A stretch of 63,614 nt of DNA, counting the filler, from Nemertoderma westbladi (taxonomy: Eukaryota; Animalia; Xenacoelomorpha), in NCBI GenBank assembly GCA_032718475.1. It is 4 parts of 4 records of this genome, joined end to end, with 100 filler letters (N's around TTAATTAATTAA, not from the genome) between each part and the next. Parts side by side here need not be neighbours in the genome. Positions count along the whole stretch, not along the records: positions 1 to 24,233 come from JAUCBJ010002225.1; 3 more parts are not named here. One strand, 5' to 3'. Each line of letters starts with the position of its first letter. Position 1 is the first letter of the stretch. The position numbers and the translations under genes are program-made. This document shows, in pieces, positions 1-13,233 of this stretch. The notes under the pieces were generated by a model. That model saw nothing but the letters and a program-made list of their open reading frames with translations. It ran no database searches and had not been told where the DNA came from.

Positions 1-877
1 TTAATCTTAATAATAATTATTCAACATCAATTATTTTACAAGTCTTGTCTATGTATAAGATTGCTGAAGACTAAAGAGCTAACTGCCTTATATTTTTAGG
101 ATTATTATAATTAATTTTGTTATGTTTATAATGAATTGTATCTTTTAACAGACTATTTTATGCGCGACCGTGATAATAAAATTAAATGGTGCCGAAATAT
201 TTTCACTTAACTGCAGGTTGGGGGGGGGGGGGGGGGCGCAATCAATATTGTTCCCTCTCCAGGTGAAAATCGACGCAAATAACAGCTTGTTTACTACTAA
301 AATAAAACTGCATCCTGTTCTATAGGAAAAAACATTATGGGGGAAATTTTAGCAAGTTGTGTTTATTTTAGCCGATAGACAAGATTACATGTTTACCAAG
401 TTTGGTTTAATTCAGTCAAAGATTGAATGAGTTACGATGGATACGATTTTAAATTATCAGTGGAGGGTGAAGGCGGCGGGCCAGGATTCAGTTATACTTG
501 AATAAAGAATAGTGATTAAACCAAGGGATACGCGATATATGACACTGCTGTATAAGTTCATTGAATGACTTGATTTCGAAACATTTAATTCAAAACTATA
601 TAAATGTTAATATAATTTTGGATTTTTTTTGTAATAATTAACAGATGAATTATATTTCATTAATTTATTTTTTTATCTAATCACATTATTAAATAACGAA
701 GCACAGAAATAATACTAAGATTGAATATTGAATTGAAGGTACAGTACCGAATTGAATATTTGAGATTGCATAAGATAGAGTATTGAATATCTTCGGCCGT
801 CATCCCGTTCCCGTTGGTGACTCCATTCAGCCATTGGCAACCATTTTGACAGTTTCGATTGGTTTCGTTTTGACTCT

Positions 878-1208
878 TCAGTCCCCGAATAGACCGATGG
901 TCGGCGGGGTTGCTGTCCCCATGACTGAGGCTGCATTACCAACCAAAATTGCCATCTCCAGGCGCTGGAGCAGAAACTGGTGTGACCGCGGTTCGTGGGT
1001 GGCACTGTGGAGACGAGCCCCGATCTCCCGGAGGAAGGTGGATGTCTCTGGATCGGGGCGGCCAAAGGTCTCAAAGGCCACGGTGCACGGGGTGAAAGAA
1101 ATGGCCCCGGTCCATTAGGTCGCGATACTTAGAGTTTTTAATGCGCTCCGCCCCCTCAGCTGAGTGCCCCCCGGCAATGGTTGTTTGTAGGTGGCTGGGG
1201 GCCAGTGG
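878..1208 (-). mobile_element. 5'-truncated 3' fragment of a CRE-clade (restriction-like endonuclease) non-LTR retrotransposon
   Basis: Minus strand reads PLAPSHLQTT..AEGAERIKNSKYRDL..FHPV / AFETFG..TFLREIGARL..RSHQFLLQRLEMAILVGNAASVMG, with a frameshift near 1082-1088. This matches the C-terminal RLE region of CRE-type elements. Confidence 0.75.
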
Positions 1209-2993
1209 ATCTAGTAATAATTATCGCAAAGATATGATTACTGGATTAGGTCTGTTGGTAGACCTACGTGATATTAGTTTCTCAAACCAAACCTATCCAT
1301 CCATTGACGTCCAAATATATCCAATTTCTCAATCCATACTAATCAGTATGTAATAATGTACACTGTAATGCAATAATGCTGTAATGTCAATGTCCAACCA
1401 AACAATGCGTTGAGTGTTATCCAACCAGCCTCCGACAGTCCGAGAAATGTTAGGCTAACGGCACCTCACTCTGTCAAATCCGTTAGTGGATGATACAGAA
1501 TCAGCACATCCTGACATCTGTGCAACTCCTGAACTCAGGCGAGCATTTTCTAACACATTCTACAGATGGTGGTCTAATTTATATGGTCTTGTACCGCGAA
1601 TCCGTGTATTATTTCCAGATCTAGGCTAAATTTCGGGTCTTGTACCGTGCACAGTACTGGTGGGCCTTCACAGCTACTGCTATTTTGCCTAATACAGGTC
1701 CCAGAGGTAAATCCTTACCCCATGGGCTGTTACCTCTCTGACTGACAGCGCAACAGCCCTCTCCCCCCCCCCCCCCCCCCCCCCCCCCCTCATAAAATAA
1801 ATATATTAAAGTTCCCTCCACTGCTACATTTTTATGGTAGCTTACTGTAGCTTGTGATTTTTGTCAAAATAAATATACTCAGAATAAAAATCGGCATATA
1901 CCCGTCATTCTATGTTATAAACCTTGTCAATATCAACAGCAAGCTGAAGTTGATCTTCTGAACCAAAAAAAAAGAAAAAAATGTATGAAAATAGACAAAA
2001 ACTAAGGAAAAAAGGAAACATTCTAAAAAAAAAGGAAAAAAAAGGAAACGTTCTAAAAAAGGAAAAAAAAGGGAACTGAGAGGCCTGTTCGGATTTTCTG
2101 TTACCCAGGAAATAACACCATCATTAATTTTAACAGATAATAAATAACTGTAGTACCGGTACGGACGGGCAGACGCACATTGTTACTGAAAGATAATTAA
2201 ATAACTGACATGCGAAACGAAATGGGCTGGGGTTGAACTGCATAGAGAAAATACATTAATAAAGGGAACCCGTATATTATTGAAATTGGTATTTATTGCT
2301 GTATTACTGTCTCAAAAGACTCGAACCAATTTCGAAAAAGACATAATTCAACTGCTTTTTATATCGAATAAACGACCAAATACCACATTGTAAATTGTAT
2401 TTAATAAAATTGTTATATTCCGAACAAAATGAACTCAATATAAAGAAAGCGCGCGAAGTTAAAGCCAAAATTAGCAGTTGATAGCTTTGTTAACATAATA
2501 TATTAAGGATGTTGGACTTTAGTGCAATATCAGAATAATGAAGAACTGGCTGAATAGAATAGTCATTAAGTCTCACTAGCAGCACAAACACAACAGTCTG
2601 GAAACTGGAAGTCTTAATCTGGAACATTTCATTCTGGTTTTCGGGAGATACCTGGATACGTTTTGTCTAGAACGCTTGATTCTCCGCGCAGCTTCCTATA
2701 GTTCTGAATTGTTACTCCAGATTCGAGAACAACTGGTAGAACTAATGCAAAACTGGTTAAGTCCGGAAGTCGCCTTTAAATTTACAGTTATAAGATTCCG
2801 ATATTCGATGTTAAGTGATTAAAGTTTCTTTTCAGTATTATTAATAAACAAAAAATATCCTCAATAACTTCGAGTTTATAAAATTTAGCAAAATCGCGTG
2901 GCGTACAGCCACATCGCATTTCTGTACAGCTGCATGTATCCAGTAGGCCTATCTGTGTTATGTTACAGTTACAGATGTCGGGATGTATAGTTC

Positions 2994-3419
2994 TCAGTTA
3001 TTTTTGGGTTTCTTTGGGTGTTGGTCTCCTCTTCCGACCCCTCCACCCCCTCTTGTTCCCCCACCCCGCGGCCCCCCGCCGCCACCCCGTTGAGGTCGAC
3101 TCCCGGCATCCCGCTGCCCCCCACGCCCGCCCCCTCGACCCCCACCAGGGGGGCGCCCCCCGCCCCCTCTGTGCTCTATCTTGACTGTGTCTATAACCTC
3201 GTCCGGGATTCGTAGGTATTTAATTGTTCCTCCCCGGATGTAACATTCCGGGATCTTCCAGAACTTGTCCCCGTCTCTGGACGTGCAAATCACCTCCCGC
3301 AGATTGATGTTCATCCAATTATCACAAGATACCAAATGTCCGTTGTAGGTTTCTCCATTTTTTAACTCTACAAGCATGGGGTGGTTTTGAGCAGCCTTGA
3401 GCAAAGACAACGGCAACAT
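2994..3419 (-). CDS. LSM4: U6 snRNA-associated Sm-like protein LSm4, intronless CDS
   Basis: [75 protein letters not shown] is the conserved LSm4 Sm fold, followed by an RG/RGG-rich tail. Uninterrupted ATG-to-stop ORF. Confidence 0.97.
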   Translation of the reverse strand: MLPLSLLKAAQNHPMLVELKNGETYNGHLVSCDNWMNINLREVICTSRDGDKFWKIPECYIRGGTIKYLRIPDEVIDTVKIEHRGGGGRPPGGGRGGGRGGQRDAGSRPQRGGGGGPRGGGTRGGGGVGRGDQHPKKPKNN

Positions 3420-3900
3420 ATTTTAGTGTGTTGTGTACTGGTGTAGGCTGGTAGGTACCGGTACCCTACACCCTATATGCCCTACCACCTACTGCACTGC
3501 TGTACTGCAGAGTGAAGAGCAGAGTGCACTATACACTATAGGCCTACTGAGGGAACTCAGAAACTGCCTGACTGCTGAAGGCCTAGCTGCCTAGTACTAG
3601 AAGATTGATACTGCTATCAAATTTTCTAATCAAATTTTGCGGCTGAAATAATTTCTTTCGAAAAACGAAAAATTTCGGTCCTGCGGTCATTGTCATTGTC
3701 ATTACGGATTACGGGGTGGGTTTCTGCAAGTACAGATTGGATTTCTGCCTTCTGGCGCCGGTTGACAAGCATTCTACCCCCCCCCCCCCCCCTCTGTATT
3801 TGAAAAATAGAAAACTTAAAAATATCTTTAAATATCTTAAACGAACGGATGAAGGGGTAGGCATTCACTAGCGGTAACATAGTGTAAGGATGATTGATAG

Positions 3901-4019
3901 AAATAAAATAAAATATTGAGGGTATTTAGCTGGTTTATTATATTAATTAAAGATAACAATAGTAAACGTTTTCGACCTACCGGTCTCCAGCTAAAGACCC
4001 TCAATATTTTATTTTATTT
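3901..4019. repeat. Short inverted repeat (about 33-bp arms), possible Penelope-like remnant
   Basis: aaataaaataaaatattgagggtatttagctgg (from 3901) is the reverse complement, with 1 mismatch, of ccagctaaagaccctcaatattttattttattt (about 3987-4019). Confidence 0.6.
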
Positions 4020-4220
4020 TTATCCTTACTTTAAACATCTTAAAATATCTTAAAAATCTCACACAGTAATACATAAAATACAGTTATGCTGTAGTTAGTG
4101 AAACAAGATTAATATAATATACTGTACAATAGAAATAATACTATAATATACTAAAAAACTGTATACCATAAACGTACTACTGTAGTTAGAGTAATTAATC
4201 ATTGTGGCTGTCTTTTACCT

Positions 4221-4290
4221 GAGCCGCTAACTGAATGTTTAGAGCGTCAGACATCCAACCCGGAGGTCACCAGTTCGATCCACGTGGTCA
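4221..4290 (+). mobile_element. tRNA-derived SINE head (degenerate)
   Basis: tRNA-like spacing: ..tttagagcgtcagac..acccggaggtcaccAGTTCGATCC (B-box-like). No intact cloverleaf. Confidence 0.4.
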
Positions 4291-4399
4291 TTGCGTCCAA
4301 TCAGCGTATTTGCATTACGACTCACAGTGGATGATAAGAAGATGAGATGTACTGTAAATTGATGTTTATTAAGATACTGTATATAACCCTATATAGATA

Positions 4400-4590
4400 A
4401 TTTATTATAGGAAGGGATCTAGGGGTCTTAACCTCGAGTGATAAGTTTATTTTACCGAAAATAACTTATATTTTATTGGCGCAATTGTAGGACTAATCCC
4501 ATCAGATGCGTACTTTTTAACCGGGTAGTTTACAAATTTAGGAATCGCGTAATTTTTATTGGAACCCCTAGATCCCTTCCTATAATAAAT
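4400..4590. mobile_element. MITE-like element with about 27-bp terminal inverted repeats
   Basis: atttattataggaagggatctaggggt at 4400 and its reverse complement acccctagatcccttcctataataaat ending at 4590. Confidence 0.65.
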
Positions 4591-6291
4591 GTATAATAAC
4601 AAACACCTCGAAAAATACAGCTTGCCAACACATTGTTACTACTGTATATAGAGATTGTTATAGATAGACCTACTGTACTATCTATCTATCAGTCAAATCA
4701 AAATACCGCATATATTATACACATTCCCAAAGTGATAGGGCCTACAAATAGTTGTTGAAAGTAATGGCGGACCCACTCTAGGATAACTTCCTTATCGAAA
4801 CTCGTTACTTATCGAAACTTGTAATTCCATTAGAGTATTTTCAATTGTGTATATTGGTGATTTTACATGCAGTTTTAGTTTATTTAAGATTAAGTGTTTT
4901 ATAATAATTTAATAATACTGCTTTCTTATGCTTAATCACCAAACCATACACACACGATAATTACAATGGTGAATTACCTTTGATAAACATATGCCGAAAG
5001 AAGCTCGATACGGAGCTCGCACCTCGCCATAATCCAAAATTGTCTTATTAGCCAACTTTAATTCCAGGTTCCATATTTTAATCAATTCCTAAGGTAACTA
5101 GGTACCCGGGGCTTAAACAGAGCAGCCATAGTGATTTATAAAGTAGAACTCTAAATTAAAGTAGATATGGCAACACAAGTTTCGAGACAAAGACACAACA
5201 AATCCCAACACATTTCGATAGCATCCAAACTGTCTCAGACAGAACTGTATGAAATGAATGACAGGGCAGGACTTTCAGATCTTGCACTAATTTGAAGTCA
5301 CTTTGTCATTTATACAGTCGAGCAGCTTTGTAACTTTGTGGCACTTTGGTAACTTTGTAACTTTCTGTAAAGAGGAAAAAACAACTATTTCAGTCTACAA
5401 GCCATTATTATCCCTTCTCTATTGGAGAAACCGTCAGGTCTGCAACACTGGCTTGAAAGTTGAAAATTAATCACCAAATAGGAATAATAATGGCCAAGAA
5501 TAACAAACAAATATTGATATAATTCAATTAGTGCTGTAGGGGCAATAGCAATAATGTTGTGAGTTCTAGAGTCTAAATAAAGAACTTTAATGTGTGTTAA
5601 AAGTTTCTGCCGTGAAATTTCTCGGCTTAAAGATTCAGCCGTGAATTTATGCTGTATGAAATTTCGTGGCTTTAAGTTTTCGCATACTGTATGGTAATTA
5701 GCTTTCTAAGTGGTGACCGTTGTTGTGATTTCCGTAGATTTAAACGTCCAACAATTGCGACCAACAAAACGTAATCATTCGACTCATTCGAGGTTAAGAC
5801 CCTTTTAGTTCCTATAATAAATATACAGTATAATAATAACAAACTCTTTTGAAAACACAGTTTATTGCCATTTGCCAACGCATTGTATAGGCCTTTCTTT
5901 CTGTTTGATTGTCATTCTGCATTCTCAGTATGACTGCAGTACAGCAGTAGTTCAGTAGTTTTAGCGCAGTACAGCAGTGGTATTGAATACAGGAATACGA
6001 ATACTGGATCTGGAATACCGGTACCGTACAGACAGACCGAATACAATACAGGAATACTGATGTACTATCTGACTGTACCGTCTGAGATGTTACTGTAGCC
6101 GTGAGATATAGTTGTATAGGGCATAGGGCCTAGTCAAATTCTGAATCTGGCATTCCAATTAAAATTATTTGGCGTTCGTTCGCAACAGTGTACCGCTACT
6201 ACAGTTACCGGTAGCGGCACCGTTATTTTTCTGCAATCGCCCCAATCTTGATTATAAACGCATCTTGCTTTCTTCTTCCCGCTCCCGGTTT

Positions 6292-7133
6292 ATGTGTGGC
6301 AACGCAACTTCATCAATGGGAGAAGCCGCAGTTATTCCCGCCACCGGAAACCATTCAGCGTCCTTTATTTTCCTGCATGGATTGGGCGACAGTGGACACG
6401 GATGGTGCGAAAACTTTGCTCCATTGAAAAAACCCCATATTCGTTACATATTTCCACATGCTCGTGATTCTCCAGTAACTATCAACGGTGGTGTCTCGAT
6501 GCCTTCGTGGTTTGATCTGTTCTCTATGCGACCTGGGGGGCCTGAAGATGGCAAGGGGATTATCAAAGCTACTAAACTGGTAGAAAAGTTAATAAATGAA
6601 GAACATAGAAAAGGGATACCTTCTCATCGTATAATTATTGGCGGTTTTAGTCAGGGTGGTGCTCTGTCTCTTTACACGGGTCTAACACATAAAGAGCGAC
6701 TAGGAGGCTTAGTGCTTCTCAGTAGCTGGCTGCCACTGCATAATACGTTTCCTAGTGTGAGTTTCCGGTATTCATATTCATGCCGGTAATGTGTAATAAT
6801 CTGTTGGAGGTCTATATCTGTACGTTTCCCCTTACGCTACTGCAACCGGTAGTCCTAGGCCTATATAAAATAATTTTATTTACTTATCTTTTAATTTTTT
6901 ATTAGGCTCTTAGCAATGATAACCGCACGATTCCTATCCTGCAATGCCATGGAACAGCTGATCCAATGGTCCCTATACAAATAGGCCAAATGACGTCATC
7001 TCGACTGCAGCAGCTATTGGCTGGCGAGATTGTTATGAAGGAATACGATGGACTAGGTCATTCATCTAATCCACAGGAAATGGTAGATGTTGAACAATTT
7101 ATAGACAGCAAACTGCCTCTACATCCAACCTGA
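6292..7133 (+). CDS. LYPLA1: Acyl-protein thioesterase 1/2 (lysophospholipase, APT1/LYPLA family), 2 exons: 6292-6756 and 6906-7133
   Basis: MCGN N-terminus, FLHGLGDSGHGW, MPSWFD and the GGFSQGG nucleophile elbow. A phase-0 GTGAGT...TTAG intron occupies 6757-6905. Exon 2 supplies ILQCHGTADPMVP (Asp) and GLGHSS (His), ending SKLPLHPT*. LYPLA1 versus LYPLA2 orthology cannot be resolved. Confidence 0.95.
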
Positions 7134-7583
7134 GTCACTTACTGGGAGCCAGATAACTCATTCCTTTTTTTAGTATCTTAGACATTGTGCTGATAACGCG
7201 GATGGGCTGACAACTGATATCGTTCCCTTAATGCAATTAAACATTTCTTCATTGCTGCAGCCTAAATGCGCCTATATTATTGTAATTTAGAAATTATATA
7301 CTCATTGCGCGACTACCTGTGTTGTTACCCGTGCTATGTTATGGAGCGCCGTTCCGACCAAAAGTACATGACATTCCCGTTCCGAGAATACAATATCGGC
7401 CCGAGTATGCTAAATCAGTTTTGAATGGTAAATTATTCAGAAATCATAGGGTTTCTTTATTAATTCTAAGTTTAAGGACAAACACTAAGAATTATATAAA
7501 TAATAATGCCGGTATTGGTACAGTTATACCCGCCAATAAGTGAATGCATTTTTGGGACGATATTAGGTACTGGTGGCATACAG

Positions 7584-7830
7584 GGGACCCTCCAATATTC
7601 CCACCTCTCCAATATTCATAACTCTCGTTTATTGTTTTGGTTCCTTTCAACCAACCCACCTCTGCAACCTACTTCTTTTCCAACTTGCGGGACCTTCCAA
7701 TATTCCTAACTCTCGTTTATTGTTTTGGTTCCTTTCAACCAACCCACCTCTGCATCCTGCTTCTTTTCCAACTTGCGGGACCTTCCAATATTCCTAACTC
7801 TCGTTTATTGTTTTGATTCCTTTCATTTCA
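7584..7830. repeat. Tandem repeat, 88-bp unit, about 2.7 copies
   Basis: ggaccttccaatattcctaactctcgtttattgttttggttcctttcaaccaacccacctctgca... recurs at about 7584, 7690 and 7778. Confidence 0.85.
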
Positions 7831-8334
7831 AACTGCCTCTGTAACCTGCCTACAAGTACCGATACTCAAATCCAGAAGGGGTCCCATGTATGCAACCAGT
7901 GTCCGATAGTAATTTCTCGGGCCTATAATAATTATCAGGCCGAGTTTTCATTCTTGGGACGAGAGTGTCCTCAGGCTGCCCCGTACCGTGCCATTATATT
8001 TGTTTAACTTATTGCTTGTAATGTGCCATATAGCATTGGCTCAATTTATGTTTATCCAAAAAAAATAGTTAACAATCTGATTATAATAGTTGGAATTGGG
8101 TTTTCTATAATGATATAGCTGTCTCGTTAATACGATATTCTATATGTCTGCATTCCAAATATAAATTGCTCATAAATTTTCACATATTCTTGTTTCAGCC
8201 ATATGCATTTTTACATGCAAGCTCAAAATAAAATTATCATTGGAATAGTATAATTATTTACTCTCTATAATTGGCATACTGCAATGCCGCTTGGATCTAA
8301 GATTGTTATGGCGGCCACAACTCCAAGTCCCCAT

Positions 8335-8487
8335 ACATAACCCATAACTTTCGAGAGATTATCCTCACCTTCAAGGCCAGTGTCCTTGAAAGGCCTTGCT
8401 TTTATCAACCATGCTTATTCACTCCATGAGGCCGTCAAAGCACAAGATTGTGCACTGGCTGGTCCTCACGGCAAAAGCAATGTCCTG
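8335..8487 (-). mobile_element. Degenerate 3' fragment of the RTE family found at 61808-63614
   Basis: accatgcttattcactccatgaggc..caaag.acaagatt.tgcactggctggtcctcacggc.aaagcaatgtcctg is shared with about 61943-62022. Confidence 0.8.
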
Positions 8488-9649
8488 ATCCTACTTTCCT
8501 TGGGCAATATTTGATTCTGGGCCTCAGTAAGTGGCCTTAGTAAAAAAGGTTTAATTTACCACTTCGATAAATAGGACTGAACAATGTTATGTGCAGGTAA
8601 CATATATCTACTAGACTCAGACATCAATTGCTAATAACCCCAACAGTTTAGATATTATAACGTATGAGATTGAACAGGTCTACTCGCCAGGAACCTACTG
8701 TACAATATCGGACGGTGCACAACAGTAATGAGTTTGTCACAACCCATTGGATGTGTTCCTGCAGTGAACGAGATAGTACTATGCAGCAGACACACTGCAA
8801 AATCTTGATACGCTTTGGAAGGATGTGCTATGATAGGAAATTCCTCACCAATAATACCCCAATCCAATGTAGGTTCAAGGACATGTAGAGTCGAAACCGG
8901 TAAACAGCACATCGGAAAAACAAGCGGTAATCATTTAGACCTACCAGGTGGTGTTCAATTGGTTACTGTGGTAGGTGCTAAGTCAGTGAATCATGTTCCA
9001 CAGGTTTGAGCTCAGTCATATCCTTCAGTTGGTGATGATTCCGTTTCTTTGGCTGTTGCTCAAGTGGTTTCCTTGTTAGGAACCCAATGCTTATGCCATG
9101 TAGAACTGGTTCTTGTTTGAGGTGTAAATTGCAGGAAGAAGAACTCGAACTCGTTCTGTTCAAACTGCCATCCTTCCACCTCATGGCAATGCTGTAATTA
9201 TGATGCTTGGCCAGGATTACGGGACCTCCCCTTCAGTTAGTGCTACCCGTTACCATTCATGACAGGTCCTGCGATTCCTGTGGAAGCTTTTGCAATGAGT
9301 GAGACTGTGGCAGACACCAGCCATCCTTTATCATCAGTCACTGGTCCGCCGGGTCCCCCAACACCGTCATGGGTCAGTCGGGTCCTCCAATGACAGTTAT
9401 GGGCCAGTCCTGGTTGTGGTAGGTGTTGCGTTTGTACTTTATGTGGAACATGTATAGTAACTGCCGTTGCACATGAGCTTCCGATCAATGTATCAGTTGC
9501 CTTCCATCCGCATTAGGGGTCAATAGATGCATGATTCGGGCAACAGTTAATCCAGTGTGATAGCACAGTGATCCTCAGATGATCTACTGGTTCAGTCTGT
9601 CAATTCCAGTTTCCGGGTTTTTCGTAAATGTGAATAGATCTTATAACGT

Positions 9650-10804
9650 AATCGTTCATTGACTCTCTACTCAAGGAGTTCCACAGTGCACCGGAGTTCC
9701 ACATCATTCCCTTTGAGAAGATCCATGCCCAAATGGTTCTGAGCAGCGAGCAGGCAATGCAGCAGGCCCTTCTGCACTTGATGTCTACGGGTGGAAATAT
9801 TAGGCAGCACGATTCAGAGGTTATTCCACCGATGTGTAATCTAGTATTGAGAGGGTCGCAATGTTGTGTTGAGGTCAGAAGGGGGCATCGATCACGCAAT
9901 TCATAGTTTGATAGATATGCCTTTGCAAAGGATGATTGTGAGGCGGTTTTACAAGAGGATGCAAGCATTGCGTTTAACTCTATAAACCGTGCAATGGTAA
10001 CCAGAAAATCAGTCTCATTAGCCTAGCTCCAAAGATGATAGTTACAAACTGCTACAACCAGCCTACAAAGATATTCATTAGGGGTGATCACATTTACTGT
10101 TCCAAGGGATTTACTCTGGGCCACCTTCTTGATGAATGATCCCACTTCTGGATGAGTTGGAGGAGGATTCTGACACACTATAGAATTGGTATGTGGATGA
10201 TGGGAATGCTACCATAGAGCTGAAGGTGCTCAGAAAGTGGCGGGAAATACTGTCTTAATGCCTGGGCCACTTTTTTAATGGGTACTTTGACTTTCCCAGT
10301 AATTGTTCACTACTAGTGAACCGGAGTTCGTCGATGAAGCCCAGCGCAACACCGAACTATTGCAGCCCACAATGTCACAGTCGAGCTGCACATGCATCCA
10401 GTCACCGTTGAACAATTCCAACATAACTCTACCTTCACTGACCAGCAGACTCGACTGGATGTGTCTTGTTGTGGGTTCTGTGGATCAGGTTACCAAAATA
10501 CATTCCCCGATGTCTCGGTGTATTCAATCCCCTGGCTCCATCAAACGCTTTTATGCCCCTCGAATCTGCCCACCTACACCACGATGAGGCCTCGTCTGCA
10601 AGTGCAACCATGATGAAGAAAGGATACAAGAGATCAAGCGCACCACCTTTCAGCCTTGATTTTCTCTGTGGTGGATTCTCCCCAACGACAACCCAGTTTA
10701 TTAAGCGGCTGGGTGTCCTTCTGTACACCGTATTACCTACTGTACCTCCGTGTTGGCCTAATGTACCTCTGAAAGGCGTCTCCGCTCGCCATCAACCTGT
10801 CTAA
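9650..10804 (+). mobile_element. Heavily degenerate, internally deleted CRE-clade RT-RLE non-LTR retrotransposon
   Basis: Collinear remnants across frames: PEFHIIPFEKI, AAGPSALDVYGW, DDCEAVLQEDASIAFNSINR, IPLLDEL..*NWYVDDG..LRKW..GYF (RT catalytic region), TRLDVSCCGF..FPDV/VFNPLAPSN and GGFSPTTTQFIKRLG (RLE). Many stops and frameshifts. Confidence 0.8.
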
Positions 10805-11234
10805 TGCGAGTCCCCCATTCTAATGCCCAATCCAGAACACCTGAAGATGCCGTCATCCCACTGTAATTGTTTTAGCACTACTGTTAGGTTGATGGTGTTT
10901 AACTACTTTTACCATATGAAACTGGTAGATTTACTTTTTAATTAGTGTATGGTTAGTATTTACAGTATTTTGATTTGTATTTCTGTTGTATTTAGTAAAA
11001 TATGAACATCTTATTTGACTTTCCAAAATACATATTGTACAGTGGGGATGGAGTAGCACCCCCCTATTTTGGAAATTGAAATTGAGTTACTTATCCCGTG
11101 GCGAATTTAATGTAGATTTCAAATATGAAAGCTGTTTTCTCAATCTTTTCTCGTTTATTGGTTAAAACGTAAGAGCTAGTCTGTTTTATTTGATAGCCTT
11201 CGAGCCATTTTTCATCAGAAAGGCTCCAGCAATT

Positions 11235-12508
11235 CTACCTTCCGACATTCCCACCCACCTTCCCACCCATATATCCATCTTCCCACATTCCCATTCCCAC
11301 ATACCAATCCTCCTCCCCACATTCCCAACCATCTTCCCACATTCCCATCCACCTCCCCACATTCCCAACCACATTCCCACATTCCCATCCACCTCCCCAC
11401 ATTCCCAAACACCTCCCCACATTCCCAAACACCTCCCCACATTCCCATCCACCTTCCAACATCCCAATCCACCTTCCCACACATCCACCTCCCCTCATTC
11501 CCAAGCACCTTCCCACATTCCCATCCACCTCCCCACATTCCCAACCACATTCCCACATTCCCATCCACCTCCCCACATTCCCATCCACCTCCCCACATTC
11601 CCAAACACCTCCCCACATTCCCATCCACCTTCCAACATCCCAATCCACCTTCCCACATATCCACCTCCCCACATCCCAATCACCTTCCCACATATCCACC
11701 TCCCCTCATTCCCAAGCACCTTCCCACATCCCAATCCACCTTCCCACATCCATCTTCCAACATTCCCATCCACCTCCCACATTCCCATCCACCTCCTCAC
11801 ACTCCCATCCACCTCCCCTCATTCCCAAGCACCTTCCCACATTCCCATCCACCTTCCAACATCCCAATGCTCCTTCCCACATATCCACCTCCCCACATTC
11901 CCAATCACCTTCCCTCATATCCTCCTCCCCTCATTCCCAAGCACCTTCCCACATTCTCATCCACCTTCCAACATCCCAATCCACCTTCCCACATATCCAC
12001 CTCCCCACATCCCAATCACCTTCCCACATATCCACCTCCCCTCATTCCCAAGCACCTTCCCACATCCCAATCCACCTTCCCACATCCATCTTCCAACATT
12101 CCCATCCACCTCCTCACACTCCCATCCACCTCCCCTCATTCCCAAGCACCTTCCCACATTCCCATCCACCTCCCCACATTCCCAAACACCTCCCCACATT
12201 CCCATCCACCTTCCAACATCCCAATCCACCTTCCCACATATCCACCTCCCCACATCCCAATCACCTTCCCACATATCCACCTCCCCTCATTCCCAAGCAC
12301 CTTCCCACATCCCAATCCACCTTCCCACATCCATCTTCCAACATTCCCATCCACCTCCCACATTCCCATCCACCTCCTCACACTCCCATCCACATCCCCT
12401 CATTCCCAAGCACCTTTCCACATTCCCATCCACCTTCCAACATCCCAATGCACCTTCCCACATATCCACCTCCCCACATTCCCAATCACCTTCCCTCATA
12501 TCCTCCTC
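11235..12508. repeat. C-rich complex satellite (CCCACATT / CCCATCCACCT units)
   Basis: About 1.27 kb of cccacattcccatccacctc variants with internal higher-order duplications. The P/H/S/T-rich ORFs over it are artefacts. Confidence 0.95.
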
Positions 12509-13233
12509 AGTAGTAATGGTTTACCCTATTTCTGCGACAGTTTAGTCCAACTTCGCACCTTGGGTGTTAAGTAGGTCATTAATTAATTAACCAATTAATT
12601 AATTGGTCGATTAAACAATTAATTAATTGTTTAATCAATCGATTTGCATCAAATAATGTTGCCAAAGGCAATTTAATTTGATACAAATCAATCAGATAGG
12701 GACGCGCGATGAATAAATTGTACTACAGCAAACGAAATATACAATACAATATACAATACATTTGTATTATTTTTGCCATACAATAGGTAAAGGTAGAATT
12801 AAATAAAAAGACACAATCGAGACCCAAAACATAAATTACCCTCACACAAAAATAAAGTGGCCCAGTTTGGCCCTGAGTCATCCCTCAATAATCTATGGCT
12901 GGTTGGGATCTTATTAGCCGTAGCATAACTAACCCAAACATCAACGCGTGAATGGGGACTGCCACAGAGTTTAAATTATTCAAACCCACAGCTTCGTTAT
13001 TACATCAATTCGTCCAAGAAATTATAATAAACATCTGCTCTTGCAATAGATTATTCTTCTTTCACAACTCCATTCTAACCCCCCTCTATAATAGCCCCCA
13101 GTCACCGCATTCCCATTCATTCTCTAATTTTTATTTTTAAAAGTTTTATTTATTTTCATAAAAGTTTTATTTATTTAAAATTATGTAAAATCATTTATCG
13201 AAAACTCATAATATCAATTGACATTGCTATATA

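Noticed and set aside
219-236. Poly-G/poly-C runs (also about 1763, 3777, 46365, 59498, 60249)
   Set aside because: Frequent homopolymers of unreliable length with no consistent context.
8600-9640. 5' extension of the CRE element, or host exons
   Set aside because: The composition looks coding-like, but I could not recognise any motif reliably in any frame.
11186-12574. Long P/H/S/T-rich and G/W-rich ORFs (up to 451 aa)
   Set aside because: Open in many frames on both strands because the satellite lacks stop codons; no domain signal.
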